Shown in pieces: positions 8,002 to 17,744 of a stretch of 64,000 nt of DNA (position 1 is its first letter; each line of letters starts with the position of its first letter). The notes under the pieces are model-generated. The model was not told the DNA's origin. It searched no databases and saw only the letters and a program-made list of their open reading frames with translations. Where the stretch lies: positions 800,001-864,000 of the forward strand of contig OY821645.1 of the NCBI GenBank assembly GCA_963682135.1, given 5' to 3'. Made by a program: the position numbers and the translations under genes. This stretch comes from Methanothrix sp. (GTDB taxonomy: Archaea; Halobacteriota; Methanosarcinia; Methanotrichales; Methanotrichaceae).

Positions 8002-8700
8002 ATGAAGGCGATTGCAATAAATGGCAGCCCTCACATGGAAGAGGGCAACACGACAATGATCCTCAATCCCTTCCTGGAGGGGATGAAGGAAGCTGGCTGC
8101 GACGTAGAAGTATTCTACACCATGAAGCTGAAAATAGGACCCTGCAATGGGGACATGAGCTGCTGGTTTAAGAATCCGGGAATATGCGGCCAGAAGGATG
8201 ACATGCAAATGCTCGCACCCAAGCTGAAAGATGCGGATATCATAGTCTGGGCCAGTCCGGTTTACTATTCCGGCGTGACTGGGCCTCTGAAGAACCTGAT
8301 GGACAGACAACTACCCATACATGTGCTGGGCAGCATGGGGGAAAAGAAACAGAAGGTGGTTCTCGTCTCCACCTGTGGCGACTGGGATATGTCAATGTTC
8401 GATCCGCTGCTCATGCAGATGAAGGCCATCTATAGCAGGCCGGACGGCAGCAGTAGCTTTGTGGGCGCCCTGCTCCGCCCCATGGCAGATGGCGTCAAGG
8501 AGATGATCAAGGCGGGGGAGACAGGATTAGTTGATGGTGTCTTCCGGGCCGCCAGAGAAGCAGGTCGCCAGCTTGCCAAAGAGGGAATAATCTCCGAAGA
8601 GCTGCAAAAACAGGTAAGCAAGGTGCTAATGCCCCGCGATGCTTATTACAAGGCCGCCCAGATGATGATGGCGCAGATGCAAAAAGCTGCGGAAAATTAG
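8002..8700 (+). CDS. Flavodoxin-fold iron-sulfur flavoprotein / NADPH-FMN reductase family protein
   Basis: 'INGSPHMEEGNT', 'CNGDMSCWFKNPGIC' (Isf-like Cys motif with Asp at the second ligand position), 'ASPVYY', 'LKNLMDR'. Confidence 0.85.
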   Translation: MKAIAINGSPHMEEGNTTMILNPFLEGMKEAGCDVEVFYTMKLKIGPCNGDMSCWFKNPGICGQKDDMQMLAPKLKDADIIVWASPVYYSGVTGPLKNLMDRQLPIHVLGSMGEKKQKVVLVSTCGDWDMSMFDPLLMQMKAIYSRPDGSSSFVGALLRPMADGVKEMIKAGETGLVDGVFRAAREAGRQLAKEGIISEELQKQVSKVLMPRDAYYKAAQMMMAQMQKAAEN

Positions 8701-8844
8701 AGCCGCAAGCCGCAAAATCAAACTGCGCGCGGCCCTCCATCCAGAGAGGTGGTGGAATGCTTCGGGCTGCGCGCCCGGTTATCCGGATTTAAATATTATC
8801 GAACAATTGCGCCGTGCATTGCAAACAGATTAATGAGGTATTCA

Positions 8845-10458
8845 ATGAAGACATTATGCATAATTTTGGCAGCATTGATATGCTTGCCTATATTGGCTTT
8901 TGCCGCTGCTGATAGCAAGGTTACTGGATCAGATAATAGTTCGCTTGATTCTATCTTAGACCAATCTACCATAGATTCTTTAGCCCGAGAAAGTGAAGTC
9001 AGCAACTTCTTTCAAGGAATAAGGAATAACCCGGAAGAACTCAGGGCCTTCTTTTTATCCATGCCTAAGGGAGGAGATATCCACAATCACCTGACAGGAG
9101 CGGTTTACGCCGAGGACCTCATCGACGCAGCATCCTCGGAGAGACTGTGCATCTATTCAAACAACTACACGGTCACCAACTGCACAGGATCGCAAAATAC
9201 GATACCATTGAGCCAGGCTTATGGAAACGAACGGTTCTACAATAGCATAGTAGATACCTGGTCAATGAAAAACTCAGAGTTATTGAACGTCAGCGGCCAT
9301 GACCAGTTCTTCTCCACGTTCGGGCGTTTTGGCGGTGCTACAAAAAATACGAGCCTCCTGGTGGCAGAGTTGCGTTCAAGAGCAGCTATCGATAACATAG
9401 AGTACCTGGAACTCATGACTGGCGTGAACACAAGCAGTAAGGCATCTAGCTTGGGGAATTGGAGTGAAAACCTCAGCCACTACTATGATGATCTCATTAA
9501 GGGAGGTCTGAGGGAGCTGGCCAAGGAAGCTTCCATAAATCTGAGAGAAATCGATGCCAAATCCATAAAGATTCTTGATGCCGGCGACCCAGGCAGGAAT
9601 GTTACAGTCAAATACCTGTGTACCGTTTCCAGGATCAAGCCGAAAAAAGAGGTCTTCGCTCAGCTTGCCCTCGCCTTCGAGGTGGCAAATATGTCTCCTC
9701 TAGCAGTGGGCATCAATATTCTGAGCGCTGAGGACAACAGAACCGCCAGGGAAGACTACTCATTGCATATGAAAATGATCGACTTCCTGCACGGAAAATA
9801 TCCCAATGTAAAGATTGCTCTGCACGCAGGGGAGCTGGAACTGGGACTGGTTCCACCCGAGGACCTCAGGTTCCATATCCAGGAGGCCGTTGAGGTGGGA
9901 CACGCTTCGAGGATAGGCCATGGAGTGGATATCATGAGGGAAACCAATTCCCAGAAGACCTTATCTGAGATGAGTAAGGATAAGGTAGCGGTGGAGATCA
10001 TGCCGGTGAGCAACAAGGAGATCCTGGGGGTCTCCGGAGAAGATCACCCGTTTCCAATCTACCTGAGCCGTGGGGTACCCATCGTCCTGGCCAGCGATGA
10101 CCCTGGAGTTTTGAGGACCGATCTGACTGAGCAATTCGTGATCATCGCCAGCGACTACCCGCAGGTGAGCTATTCGGATATCAAGACTTTTGCAAGAAAT
10201 AGCCTGGAGTACAGCTTCTTGCGTGGCGAAGGAATCTGGGAGGCGGCAGGGAATTACTCGCAGATGAGGAAGGAGTGTGCAGAATGCCGTGCCAGCACTG
10301 AATGCAAAGAGTGCAGGGCATTTTTGGATAAGAACGATAAGGCTAGAGCCGAATGGAGGCTTGAGGGAGATCTGGCTCTCTTTGAGAGTGGAGTCTATAA
10401 TTGGACAGCACTTAGCGGAAATGGGAATCAAAGGGGCTTCTCCATCCATGAGACCTAG
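8845..10458 (+). CDS. Secreted adenosine/AMP deaminase family protein
   Basis: Signal peptide MKTLCIILAALICLPILAFA; metal-binding motifs HNHLTG, HAGE, RIGHG, SDDP. Confidence 0.85.
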   Translation: MKTLCIILAALICLPILAFAAADSKVTGSDNSSLDSILDQSTIDSLARESEVSNFFQGIRNNPEELRAFFLSMPKGGDIHNHLTGAVYAEDLIDAASSERLCIYSNNYTVTNCTGSQNTIPLSQAYGNERFYNSIVDTWSMKNSELLNVSGHDQFFSTFGRFGGATKNTSLLVAELRSRAAIDNIEYLELMTGVNTSSKASSLGNWSENLSHYYDDLIKGGLRELAKEASINLREIDAKSIKILDAGDPGRNVTVKYLCTVSRIKPKKEVFAQLALAFEVANMSPLAVGINILSAEDNRTAREDYSLHMKMIDFLHGKYPNVKIALHAGELELGLVPPEDLRFHIQEAVEVGHASRIGHGVDIMRETNSQKTLSEMSKDKVAVEIMPVSNKEILGVSGEDHPFPIYLSRGVPIVLASDDPGVLRTDLTEQFVIIASDYPQVSYSDIKTFARNSLEYSFLRGEGIWEAAGNYSQMRKECAECRASTECKECRAFLDKNDKARAEWRLEGDLALFESGVYNWTALSGNGNQRGFSIHET

Positions 10459-10603
10459 AGATGGCGAGTATATCAACGCCTAGGTAATAAAGCCAAATTG
10501 AGATGGGTGTGGGATGGCAACTTCCATCCATCCCATTCATCTGATAATCTCCAGGTTCAGATACCAAAAGCCTTTTAGGATTGTTCTCTAATAATAAGCA
10601 ACT

Positions 10604-11851
10604 ATGATTGGAAGATCCGGCAGATATTTGCTGGCGCTCATGTTTATCAGCCTCTGCGTGGTTGCAGCCCCTGCAAAATCCTCGGACGACTATTGGGATG
10701 CGTGGGTAACATTGACCACGACCGATTCTGCGACAATCAACTGGCGCGGCGAGGAAGATGGGTCCGGCTCGATAGACTACGCTACATCAAGCTACTTCGA
10801 TACGCATCATCGCTATGAAAAAACCATAGCAACAACAAAGGCAGCGACATATCAGCACGTCCGGCTGAGCGGACTTAATCCCAATACGTCCTACACCTAC
10901 CGGGTAACTCCATCCGGCAGGGATGAGCCGTTTTCTAACCGCACCTTCCGGACGATGCCAGAGAGCGGACCGTTCACATTTATCGTATTCAGCGACCCCC
11001 AAAAAGCCAGCGAATATGAGGAGAAACAGCGGTTCAAGTACGTTGCAGACGCCATTGAAAAGGAGCCGGATATACTATTCATACTAATTGGAGGGGATTA
11101 TAATGGGCATGATAGCGATGGACTGTGGAGCCAGTTCTTCCAGGTAGCGGACGGAATGCTCGCCAAAAATGCGATCTTCCCAACCATCGGAAACCACGAG
11201 TACCATAACTCCAGCGGTGGAGACAATCCGCCAACGCCGGCCAATCACTTCCACTGGGCCTTCGATATCCCCCTGAACTACTCCTTTGACTGCTCAGGGG
11301 TCCGGTTCATCGTCCTCAACACCCCGGACCCAAATAATGCCAACGGCGATGATCCTCACACATCTCTGGCTCTGGCCAAAAGCCAGGAGCCCTGGCTGAG
11401 AGAGCGACTGGACAATGATACGCTTCGAGGAGCGTTCACCATTCACCACCATCCGGTCTGGGATTACTACAATGCCACCAGCAACCCGGACCTGGAGCCA
11501 TGGGAGAGCCTTTACCACACCTATAACATCAGCGCCAACTTCGCAGGCCACACCCATAATTACCAGAGGTACTCGATAGAGGGAATTCCCTATTTCATTG
11601 TCGGCAATGCTGGTGGCAGGTGCGCCGGCCTGACCGGCGATAGCGCCCCCGCGGGCTACATCTTCGGCATGAATAAGACGCTGGGATATCTTAAGGTGGC
11701 TGTAGACCCGGCAAAAAACACCGCAACCGCAGAGGAGTGGATCGTGGCAACCGTCAAGGAGGATGACTCCAAAGAGAAACCGGATGTATTCGAGAACCCG
11801 AAAATGATCGACAGCATTACGTTTTCTCTCAAGAAGCAATCAATGGTGTAA
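10604..11851 (+). CDS. Secreted purple acid phosphatase-like metallophosphoesterase with FN3-like N-terminal domain
   Basis: Signal peptide; 'LSGLNPNTSYTYRV'; SD, GGD, GNHE, HHP and GHTH motifs. Confidence 0.88.
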   Translation: MIGRSGRYLLALMFISLCVVAAPAKSSDDYWDAWVTLTTTDSATINWRGEEDGSGSIDYATSSYFDTHHRYEKTIATTKAATYQHVRLSGLNPNTSYTYRVTPSGRDEPFSNRTFRTMPESGPFTFIVFSDPQKASEYEEKQRFKYVADAIEKEPDILFILIGGDYNGHDSDGLWSQFFQVADGMLAKNAIFPTIGNHEYHNSSGGDNPPTPANHFHWAFDIPLNYSFDCSGVRFIVLNTPDPNNANGDDPHTSLALAKSQEPWLRERLDNDTLRGAFTIHHHPVWDYYNATSNPDLEPWESLYHTYNISANFAGHTHNYQRYSIEGIPYFIVGNAGGRCAGLTGDSAPAGYIFGMNKTLGYLKVAVDPAKNTATAEEWIVATVKEDDSKEKPDVFENPKMIDSITFSLKKQSMV

Positions 11852-11941
11852 TGCTGTTAGCGGCCGTCTCACTAGCAGCCCCCCACTGCAAAGGCCCGTA
11901 ATGCGCTCAGTCGATACTGAAAGCCATTCCGATCATCCATT

Positions 11942-12643
11942 CTATTTCCGTCCCAGGTAGAGCCGGCATACATCAGGATTGTCCAGCAGGCTTTTGGCAG
12001 GCCCCTCAAGCCGGTTCTTGCCCATCTCCATGACATATCCCCGGTCGCTGATGGCCAGAGCCCTGCGGGCGTTCTGCTCGACCATAAGTATGGTCACGCC
12101 CCGCCGGTTGATCTCCTGGATCTCGGAGAAGAGCTGGCCCATGATCTTTGGGGAGAGCGCAGCAGAAGGTTCGTCCAAAAGCAGCATGGACGGGCCGACT
12201 ATCATGGCTCTTCCCACCGCCAGCATCTTCTGCTCGCCGCCGCTGAGGGTTCCAGCCCTCTGATCCATTCGGCTCGCCAGCGCCGGAAAGAGCTCCAGGA
12301 CCATGGATATTCGTTCCTCAATTCCGCCCGAAAGAGCGATGGCTCCCATCTCCAGGTTTTCCTTTACGGTCAATTCCGGGAATACATTCCGCTCCTGGGG
12401 AACATAGGAAAGGCCTCTCTTTACAAGCTGGTCAGGCCTCAATCCGGTGATATCCTGGCCCTGAAATAGAATTCTTCCCCCACGCATCCTGGTCAGTCCG
12501 AAGATGGACTTCATAAGAGTCGACTTTCCGCAGCCGTTCGGCCCGATGATGGTCACGATCTCTCCCTTGTCTACCCGGAGAGAGACCTCGCTGATGATGT
12601 TCTCATCGGTATAGCCGGCAGTGATTGATTCAAGGCTGAGCAT
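11942..12643 (-). CDS. livF: Branched-chain amino acid-type ABC transporter ATPase
   Basis: GPNGCGKST, LSGGEQKM, LLLDEPS, VEQN. Confidence 0.9.
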   Translation of the reverse strand: MLSLESITAGYTDENIISEVSLRVDKGEIVTIIGPNGCGKSTLMKSIFGLTRMRGGRILFQGQDITGLRPDQLVKRGLSYVPQERNVFPELTVKENLEMGAIALSGGIEERISMVLELFPALASRMDQRAGTLSGGEQKMLAVGRAMIVGPSMLLLDEPSAALSPKIMGQLFSEIQEINRRGVTILMVEQNARRALAISDRGYVMEMGKNRLEGPAKSLLDNPDVCRLYLGRK

Positions 12644-13409
12644 CAGATCCCACACCCAGGTAAGCCTCAAAGACCCGCGAATCGGAGATGACCTCATCAG
12701 GCGGGCCGCTTGCCAGTATCGATCCCTTGTTCAGGACGTACAGCTCATCAGAGAGAGCAAGCACATAGGGAATGGCATGCTCTATTATCATTATCGTGAG
12801 CCCGTTTTTACGCAGCAGCTTGATCTTCTCAATGAGCCTCTCGGACAGCGCCGGATTGACACCGGCAAAAGGCTCGTCGAGCAGCAGCAGCCTGGGGTCG
12901 GCCATCAGGGCTCGGGCCATCTCCAGCATCTTCTTCTGGCCGCCGGACAGCGATCCGGCATACTCGTCTTTCATGCGCAAAATATCAAAGAATTTCAATA
13001 TCTCCACGGCTTTATTCTCAATAGATATCTCTTCTGCCTGGACCTTGCCACGGCGGATGATGTTCGCAAAGATATTTTCCCCAACCTGATTTTGGCCACC
13101 CAACATCATATTCTCCAAAACGGTCATCCTCATCAGAGCTCGGGGTATCTGAAAGGTGCGAATCAGACCCAAGCGAGCAATCTCATAGGCAGGCAGACCC
13201 ACAATCTCCCTGCCCGAAAAGATGATGCTTCCGCTGTCCGGGCTTACAAAGCCGGATATCAGGTCGAAGAGAGTGCTCTTGCCGGCTCCATTGGGCCCGA
13301 TGAGGCCCACAATCGTTCCTTCCTGGACGGAAAGGCTACAGCCGTCTACAGCTAAGAGGCCGCCGAATCCTTTTCTTACTCCTTCTATCCTGAGGATTTC
13401 ATCTGCCAA
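12630..13409 (-). CDS. livG: Branched-chain amino acid-type ABC transporter ATPase
   Basis: GPNGAGKST, RTFQ, LSGGQ, LLDEP, C-terminal 'VFEAYLG'. Confidence 0.9.
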   Translation of the reverse strand: MADEILRIEGVRKGFGGLLAVDGCSLSVQEGTIVGLIGPNGAGKSTLFDLISGFVSPDSGSIIFSGREIVGLPAYEIARLGLIRTFQIPRALMRMTVLENMMLGGQNQVGENIFANIIRRGKVQAEEISIENKAVEILKFFDILRMKDEYAGSLSGGQKKMLEMARALMADPRLLLLDEPFAGVNPALSERLIEKIKLLRKNGLTIMIIEHAIPYVLALSDELYVLNKGSILASGPPDEVISDSRVFEAYLGVGSDAQP

Positions 13410-14295
13410 CTGCCAGATCCTCCTTTTTGCCGAACAATCCCTGAGGCCGGAACATCATGAGTCCGATTAGGATTATGCCGATGATCACCATTCTCGCGGC
13501 GCTGGATGCTGATGGACTGAAGGAGATGTATCCCTCTAAAAAGCGTGTTGTGCTGAAGAATCCCCAAAGCATTATCGCTCCCACAATCGTGCCCCGATTG
13601 CTTCCGCTGCCGCCCATGATGACCATTATCCAGGCATAGAATGTCTCAATGGGCTGAAAATTATTGGGATTGATATACTGCAGATAAAAGGCAAGAAGCG
13701 ATCCGGAAAGAGCGGCGATGGCTGAGCCCAATGCCAGGGATTGCACCTTATAGGAGAAGGCATTTTTGCCCAAAGAGACAGAGACAGCCTCGTCATCTCG
13801 CACGGACTTGAGCACCCGGCCCCAGGGCGATCTGGCCAAAACCTCAAGAAGAGCATAGACAAGCAACAGGACGATAATCACAATGCCGGCCAGAAGGAGA
13901 TTATAGTCATCATGGGCCACCACTCCTTCCAGAGGGCGGGGATATCCGTAAAGCCCAAAGGAACCTCTGGTCAGAGATGACCAGTTAAGCAGCAAAAATC
14001 TGATGATCTCTGAGAAGCCGATGGTCACTATCGCCAGGTAATCCTCTCGCAGGCGGAGAGTGGCCACTCCTAAGAATGCCCCGGAGGCCCCGGCCAGGAC
14101 CATGCCTGCCAGCACGGCAAAGATCAGAGGCACTCCGTTCATGCTCAAGAGAACTGTGGTATAGGCACCGATGGCCATGAATGCCACATGTCCAAAGTTG
14201 AGAAGCCCGGAATAGCCCCATTGCAAATTCAAGCCCAGGGCGAATATGGCATAAATTCCGGCAGTGAGCATTATGGATACCAGATAGTCCAGCAT
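13399..14295 (-). CDS. livM: Branched-chain amino acid-type ABC permease
   Basis: 'GLNLQWGYSGLLNFGHVAF', 'LRLREDYLAIVT', 'FRPQGLFG'. Confidence 0.9.
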   Translation of the reverse strand: MLDYLVSIMLTAGIYAIFALGLNLQWGYSGLLNFGHVAFMAIGAYTTVLLSMNGVPLIFAVLAGMVLAGASGAFLGVATLRLREDYLAIVTIGFSEIIRFLLLNWSSLTRGSFGLYGYPRPLEGVVAHDDYNLLLAGIVIIVLLLVYALLEVLARSPWGRVLKSVRDDEAVSVSLGKNAFSYKVQSLALGSAIAALSGSLLAFYLQYINPNNFQPIETFYAWIMVIMGGSGSNRGTIVGAIMLWGFFSTTRFLEGYISFSPSASSAARMVIIGIILIGLMMFRPQGLFGKKEDLAVGR

Positions 14296-14296
14296 T

Positions 14297-15163
14297 TTAT
14301 CCCCCACCAAAGAGGCCTTTGGGCTTGAAGAAGAGAACAACAATCATAATAGCAAAACTGACTGCAATTTTGTATTCCGCAGGCAAAAATGCAGTGGAGA
14401 TCTCCTGGGCGAGGCCGATAATCATTCCACCGGCCATAGCTCCGTAGGCATTGCCGATGCCGCCCAGTATCGCCGCTGCAAACATAGGCAGGATGATGGA
14501 CCAGCCCATGTTGGGGTTGAGATGGGTAATCAATCCAAACATTATACCGGCCAGTGCAGCAAGTCCCATGCTCACCATCCAGGTGTACCTTATGACCTGA
14601 TCCACATTGATTCCGGAGATCCTGGCCAGATTAGGGTTATCGGCCAGTGCTCTCATGCTCTTTCCCAGGGTCGTCCGGCTCAGGATGGCATGGACCAGGA
14701 GCATACTGGCAAAGGCGATCAATATTACGTCAATCTGAAAATAGGTGAGAAGAATTCCCCCCAGATTGATGCTCTCCATCACAGGCAGTGGAAATCTCAG
14801 TGCATCCGGCCGAAAGAATATGATCAGAGCATTTCTTATGGCGATGGACACGCCAATTGACAGAATCATGATGGCGGTTCGGCTGGCTCCACTGCTGCGC
14901 ATGGGCTTCCAGATTCCCATATCCAGTAGGACTGCAAATGCCCCCGTGGCAAGAATGGCGATAATGCACGCCGGCAGGAAGCCGAGGTGTGAAGATACTG
15001 CAAAAAAGAGAGTCAAATAAGCGCCGAGAGTAAGAAAATCTCCATGAGCGAAATTGGCAAAATTCATGATTCTGTATGCCAGAGACAATCCAATAGCTGC
15101 CAGAGCAATAATGCATCCGTAGACTACCCCGTTGGCTATTAGCTGTCCAATCATATTGCTCAA
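14297..15163 (-). CDS. livH: Branched-chain amino acid-type ABC permease
   Basis: 'NFAHGDF', 'LGKSMRA', 'KPKGLFG'. Confidence 0.9.
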   Translation of the reverse strand: MSNMIGQLIANGVVYGCIIALAAIGLSLAYRIMNFANFAHGDFLTLGAYLTLFFAVSSHLGFLPACIIAILATGAFAVLLDMGIWKPMRSSGASRTAIMILSIGVSIAIRNALIIFFRPDALRFPLPVMESINLGGILLTYFQIDVILIAFASMLLVHAILSRTTLGKSMRALADNPNLARISGINVDQVIRYTWMVSMGLAALAGIMFGLITHLNPNMGWSIILPMFAAAILGGIGNAYGAMAGGMIIGLAQEISTAFLPAEYKIAVSFAIMIVVLFFKPKGLFGGG

Positions 15164-15300
15164 TCAAAAAGAGATCCTCTTATTGGAGCTATTTTTATCT
15201 TTCCCTAATGCCTTGTGCATCAATCCAATCGAATCATTTTCATGATGATTTTTCTTCTGCGATACTTATTTATTCAATCTATCTAGGTCCTGGAATCAGG

Positions 15301-16605
15301 ATGGTATTAATGAGGTTAGGATCGTATTTTGTAATCTTGGCCCTCGTTCTCGCTGTATTATTATCGGGATGCACCGAGAAGGTTGAAGATAAGGGCAGTG
15401 TAGCGACGAAGGGAGCAACAAACAATAGTGTCGAAAGTGGTGCCACTCCAACTGAAGGAAACATCAATATCGGAGTGCTGCAATCTCTAACCGGCGATCT
15501 GGGAGCTTATGGCGGACCTATGAGCGATGGCATGAAGCTGGCTGCCAAGCAGATCAACGAAAACGGCGGACTCCTGGGAAAGAAGCTGGTACTTCTGGTT
15601 GAGGATGATCAGACCAACAACGTGGCAGCCGCCGATGCAGCCAATAAGCTGGTCAAGGTAGATAGAGTTCCTGCTATCATAGGCGATACCGGCAGCGGAC
15701 AGAGCATGTCCATAATCGATATCACTACTGGAAATGGCGTGCTTCAGATCTCATCATCCAACACAGGCACGGAATTTACGACTTATAATGATAGCGATCT
15801 CTATTTCAGAACTGCGCCATCGGATACCCTGCAGGGCAGCGCAATGGCTAATTTGGCCAAGGAGCGGGGCTACAAGACTGTTTCAACCATCGTCATCAAC
15901 AATCCCTATGGAGTAGGATTTGAGGAGGTCTTTGTAAAGGCCTTTGAAGCCAATGGCGGAAAGGTGCTGGAGAAGATCAGATATGATCCGTCCCAAAGCA
16001 TCTTTGATTCCGAGGTGCAGAAGGTCGCGGCCAGCAAACCGGAGTTTGTGATGATGGTCTCCTATCCTGAGACGGGTAGCCTTATCCTCAGGACTGCTTA
16101 TGAGAAAGGAGCATTGACCGGCACTACATGGCTGCTCTCTGAAGGCCTGAAGTCCGACAATCTGGCAGAGCTTGCCGGGAAGAACGCCACCGGCGGATAT
16201 ATTGTGGCCGGGCTGCAAGGACTGGCTCCGGACGAGAATGCAGGCGGGAAAGCTTATGATGCATTCCGGTCTCTCTACAAGGCAGAGTACGGCAAGGAGC
16301 CGGGAATCTACTGCACCAACAGTTATGATGCCCTAGCTGTAGTGGCACTGGCCATTGAGCAGGCAAAGAATGCTACCGGAAGGTCCATAGCCGATAACAT
16401 GAGATCGGTAGCCAATCCGCCAGGAGTCGAGGTCTCGGATCTTAAAGAGGCTCTGAACCTGGTAAGAGAAGGCAAAGACATCAATTACCAAGGCACTTCG
16501 GGCAATATAACCTTTGATGAAAATGGAGATGTAAGCGGATCGTATACCGTTTGGACCATTGCTCAGAACGGAAGCATAGTCCAGGGCGAAAAGATCGCAG
16601 CTTGA
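15301..16605 (+). CDS. livK: Leu/Ile/Val-type substrate-binding lipoprotein
   Basis: Lipobox 'LLSGC', 'YFRTAPSD', 'NNPYGVG', 'YDALA'; divergent from livH. Confidence 0.88.
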   Translation: MVLMRLGSYFVILALVLAVLLSGCTEKVEDKGSVATKGATNNSVESGATPTEGNINIGVLQSLTGDLGAYGGPMSDGMKLAAKQINENGGLLGKKLVLLVEDDQTNNVAAADAANKLVKVDRVPAIIGDTGSGQSMSIIDITTGNGVLQISSSNTGTEFTTYNDSDLYFRTAPSDTLQGSAMANLAKERGYKTVSTIVINNPYGVGFEEVFVKAFEANGGKVLEKIRYDPSQSIFDSEVQKVAASKPEFVMMVSYPETGSLILRTAYEKGALTGTTWLLSEGLKSDNLAELAGKNATGGYIVAGLQGLAPDENAGGKAYDAFRSLYKAEYGKEPGIYCTNSYDALAVVALAIEQAKNATGRSIADNMRSVANPPGVEVSDLKEALNLVREGKDINYQGTSGNITFDENGDVSGSYTVWTIAQNGSIVQGEKIAA

Positions 16606-16904
16606 TCTCAGAAGAGCCTTTTTTTCTATTTTTTAATTATTCTTTATCGCTTCGGGAGCGAGAGTTGAGGTTACCTGATTCAAAGTCCACATGGAGCGGC
16701 TCGCTCCCATGAGGCAGATTGCAGGACAGGATGCGATAGCTATGGAAAGCCTTTTATGTCCCTATTCCATCACAATAATTTTGCGCAGATCTATAATCAT
16801 GAGATGCGCAGGTTGGAAAACTGCAGTCATTGGATTGTGATGCTGCGCGACAAGCCTCAAATAAATAAAGATGCTCGGCACCAATATATCTTTGAAGGGA
16901 GAAG

Positions 16905-17744
16905 ATGGAGATAATCCAAAGCAACGGACCTTCCGTAAAATTGGGTCCGGAAGGGGAATTGCCATGCATTTTAGTCTATTCGTCCTATGCTCATGTTGGG
17001 CATATTAAGTACACATTAGACTACATAGAGGAATACCTTGAGAATAGCGGATTTCGTATTGTATATTTGAAAGATGAGGCAAAAGATCTCAGCATCTATT
17101 CTGATGAATTCTTGAGGGCTGCCAAGGATTGCGTTTTGGGAGTCGTTATACTGGATGGCTTCAGGCCTAACGTTCTCTTTGAGTTTGGAGTTTTAATGGG
17201 CCTGGAAAAACCAGTTGTCTTATTAAAAGATAAAGATGCGGAAATAAACATCAAAACATTATATGGCAACATCAGCGGTCAGAATTGCAAGATGAAAACA
17301 GGCTTATCTGCTTCAAACTTTAAAAACTTAAAAAATCCGCAGATAGAAATAGTCTCATGCAATCAATTCTCTGATCTCTCGATGAAGATATCTGAATATG
17401 ATCGTGAAGCATCAAAGAATGAAGAGAAGCATATCTCCAAGTTATTGGGCAGCAATATCGACAAGATCAGGGCAGAAATAGAAAGAGAGGGTGAAAAGTT
17501 ATTGCGCGGGAAAGCGCCTGCATCAATGTCTGATACATTTGTTGAGAGCTATCAGGAATATGTGGCAAGGCTTTACAGTCTTGCTCTAAGCTCCAGTTAT
17601 CAGGAAGATGATGTCGATGCCATCTATCTGGATTTCAAGAATCTTGAGGCTGAATCTGGCAAGAAAATGCCATCTAGGATTTTCAGCCAGATAGCTTCAT
17701 TATTTAAAACTGCTGCGGAGAGAGCTGAGAAGAATGACAATTAA
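16905..17744 (+). CDS. TIR/nucleoside-deoxyribosyltransferase-like Rossmann domain protein (probably the N-terminal part of the TPR gene)
   Basis: 'CVLGVVILDGFRPNVLFEFGVLMGLEKPVVLL' matches the NDT/TIR-like core pattern PNVxxExG; ends in a TPR-like helix. Confidence 0.6.
   Translation: MEIIQSNGPSVKLGPEGELPCILVYSSYAHVGHIKYTLDYIEEYLENSGFRIVYLKDEAKDLSIYSDEFLRAAKDCVLGVVILDGFRPNVLFEFGVLMGLEKPVVLLKDKDAEINIKTLYGNISGQNCKMKTGLSASNFKNLKNPQIEIVSCNQFSDLSMKISEYDREASKNEEKHISKLLGSNIDKIRAEIEREGEKLLRGKAPASMSDTFVESYQEYVARLYSLALSSSYQEDDVDAIYLDFKNLEAESGKKMPSRIFSQIASLFKTAAERAEKNDN

Noticed and set aside
7111-11851. Methyltransferase, adenosine deaminase and phosphoesterase as type III ancillary effectors (e.g. 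CARF-deaminase, ring nuclease, SAM-AMP enzymes)
   Set aside because: No CARF/SAVED domain seen; the deaminase and phosphoesterase have signal peptides; they are separated from the cmr operon by the PolA scar.
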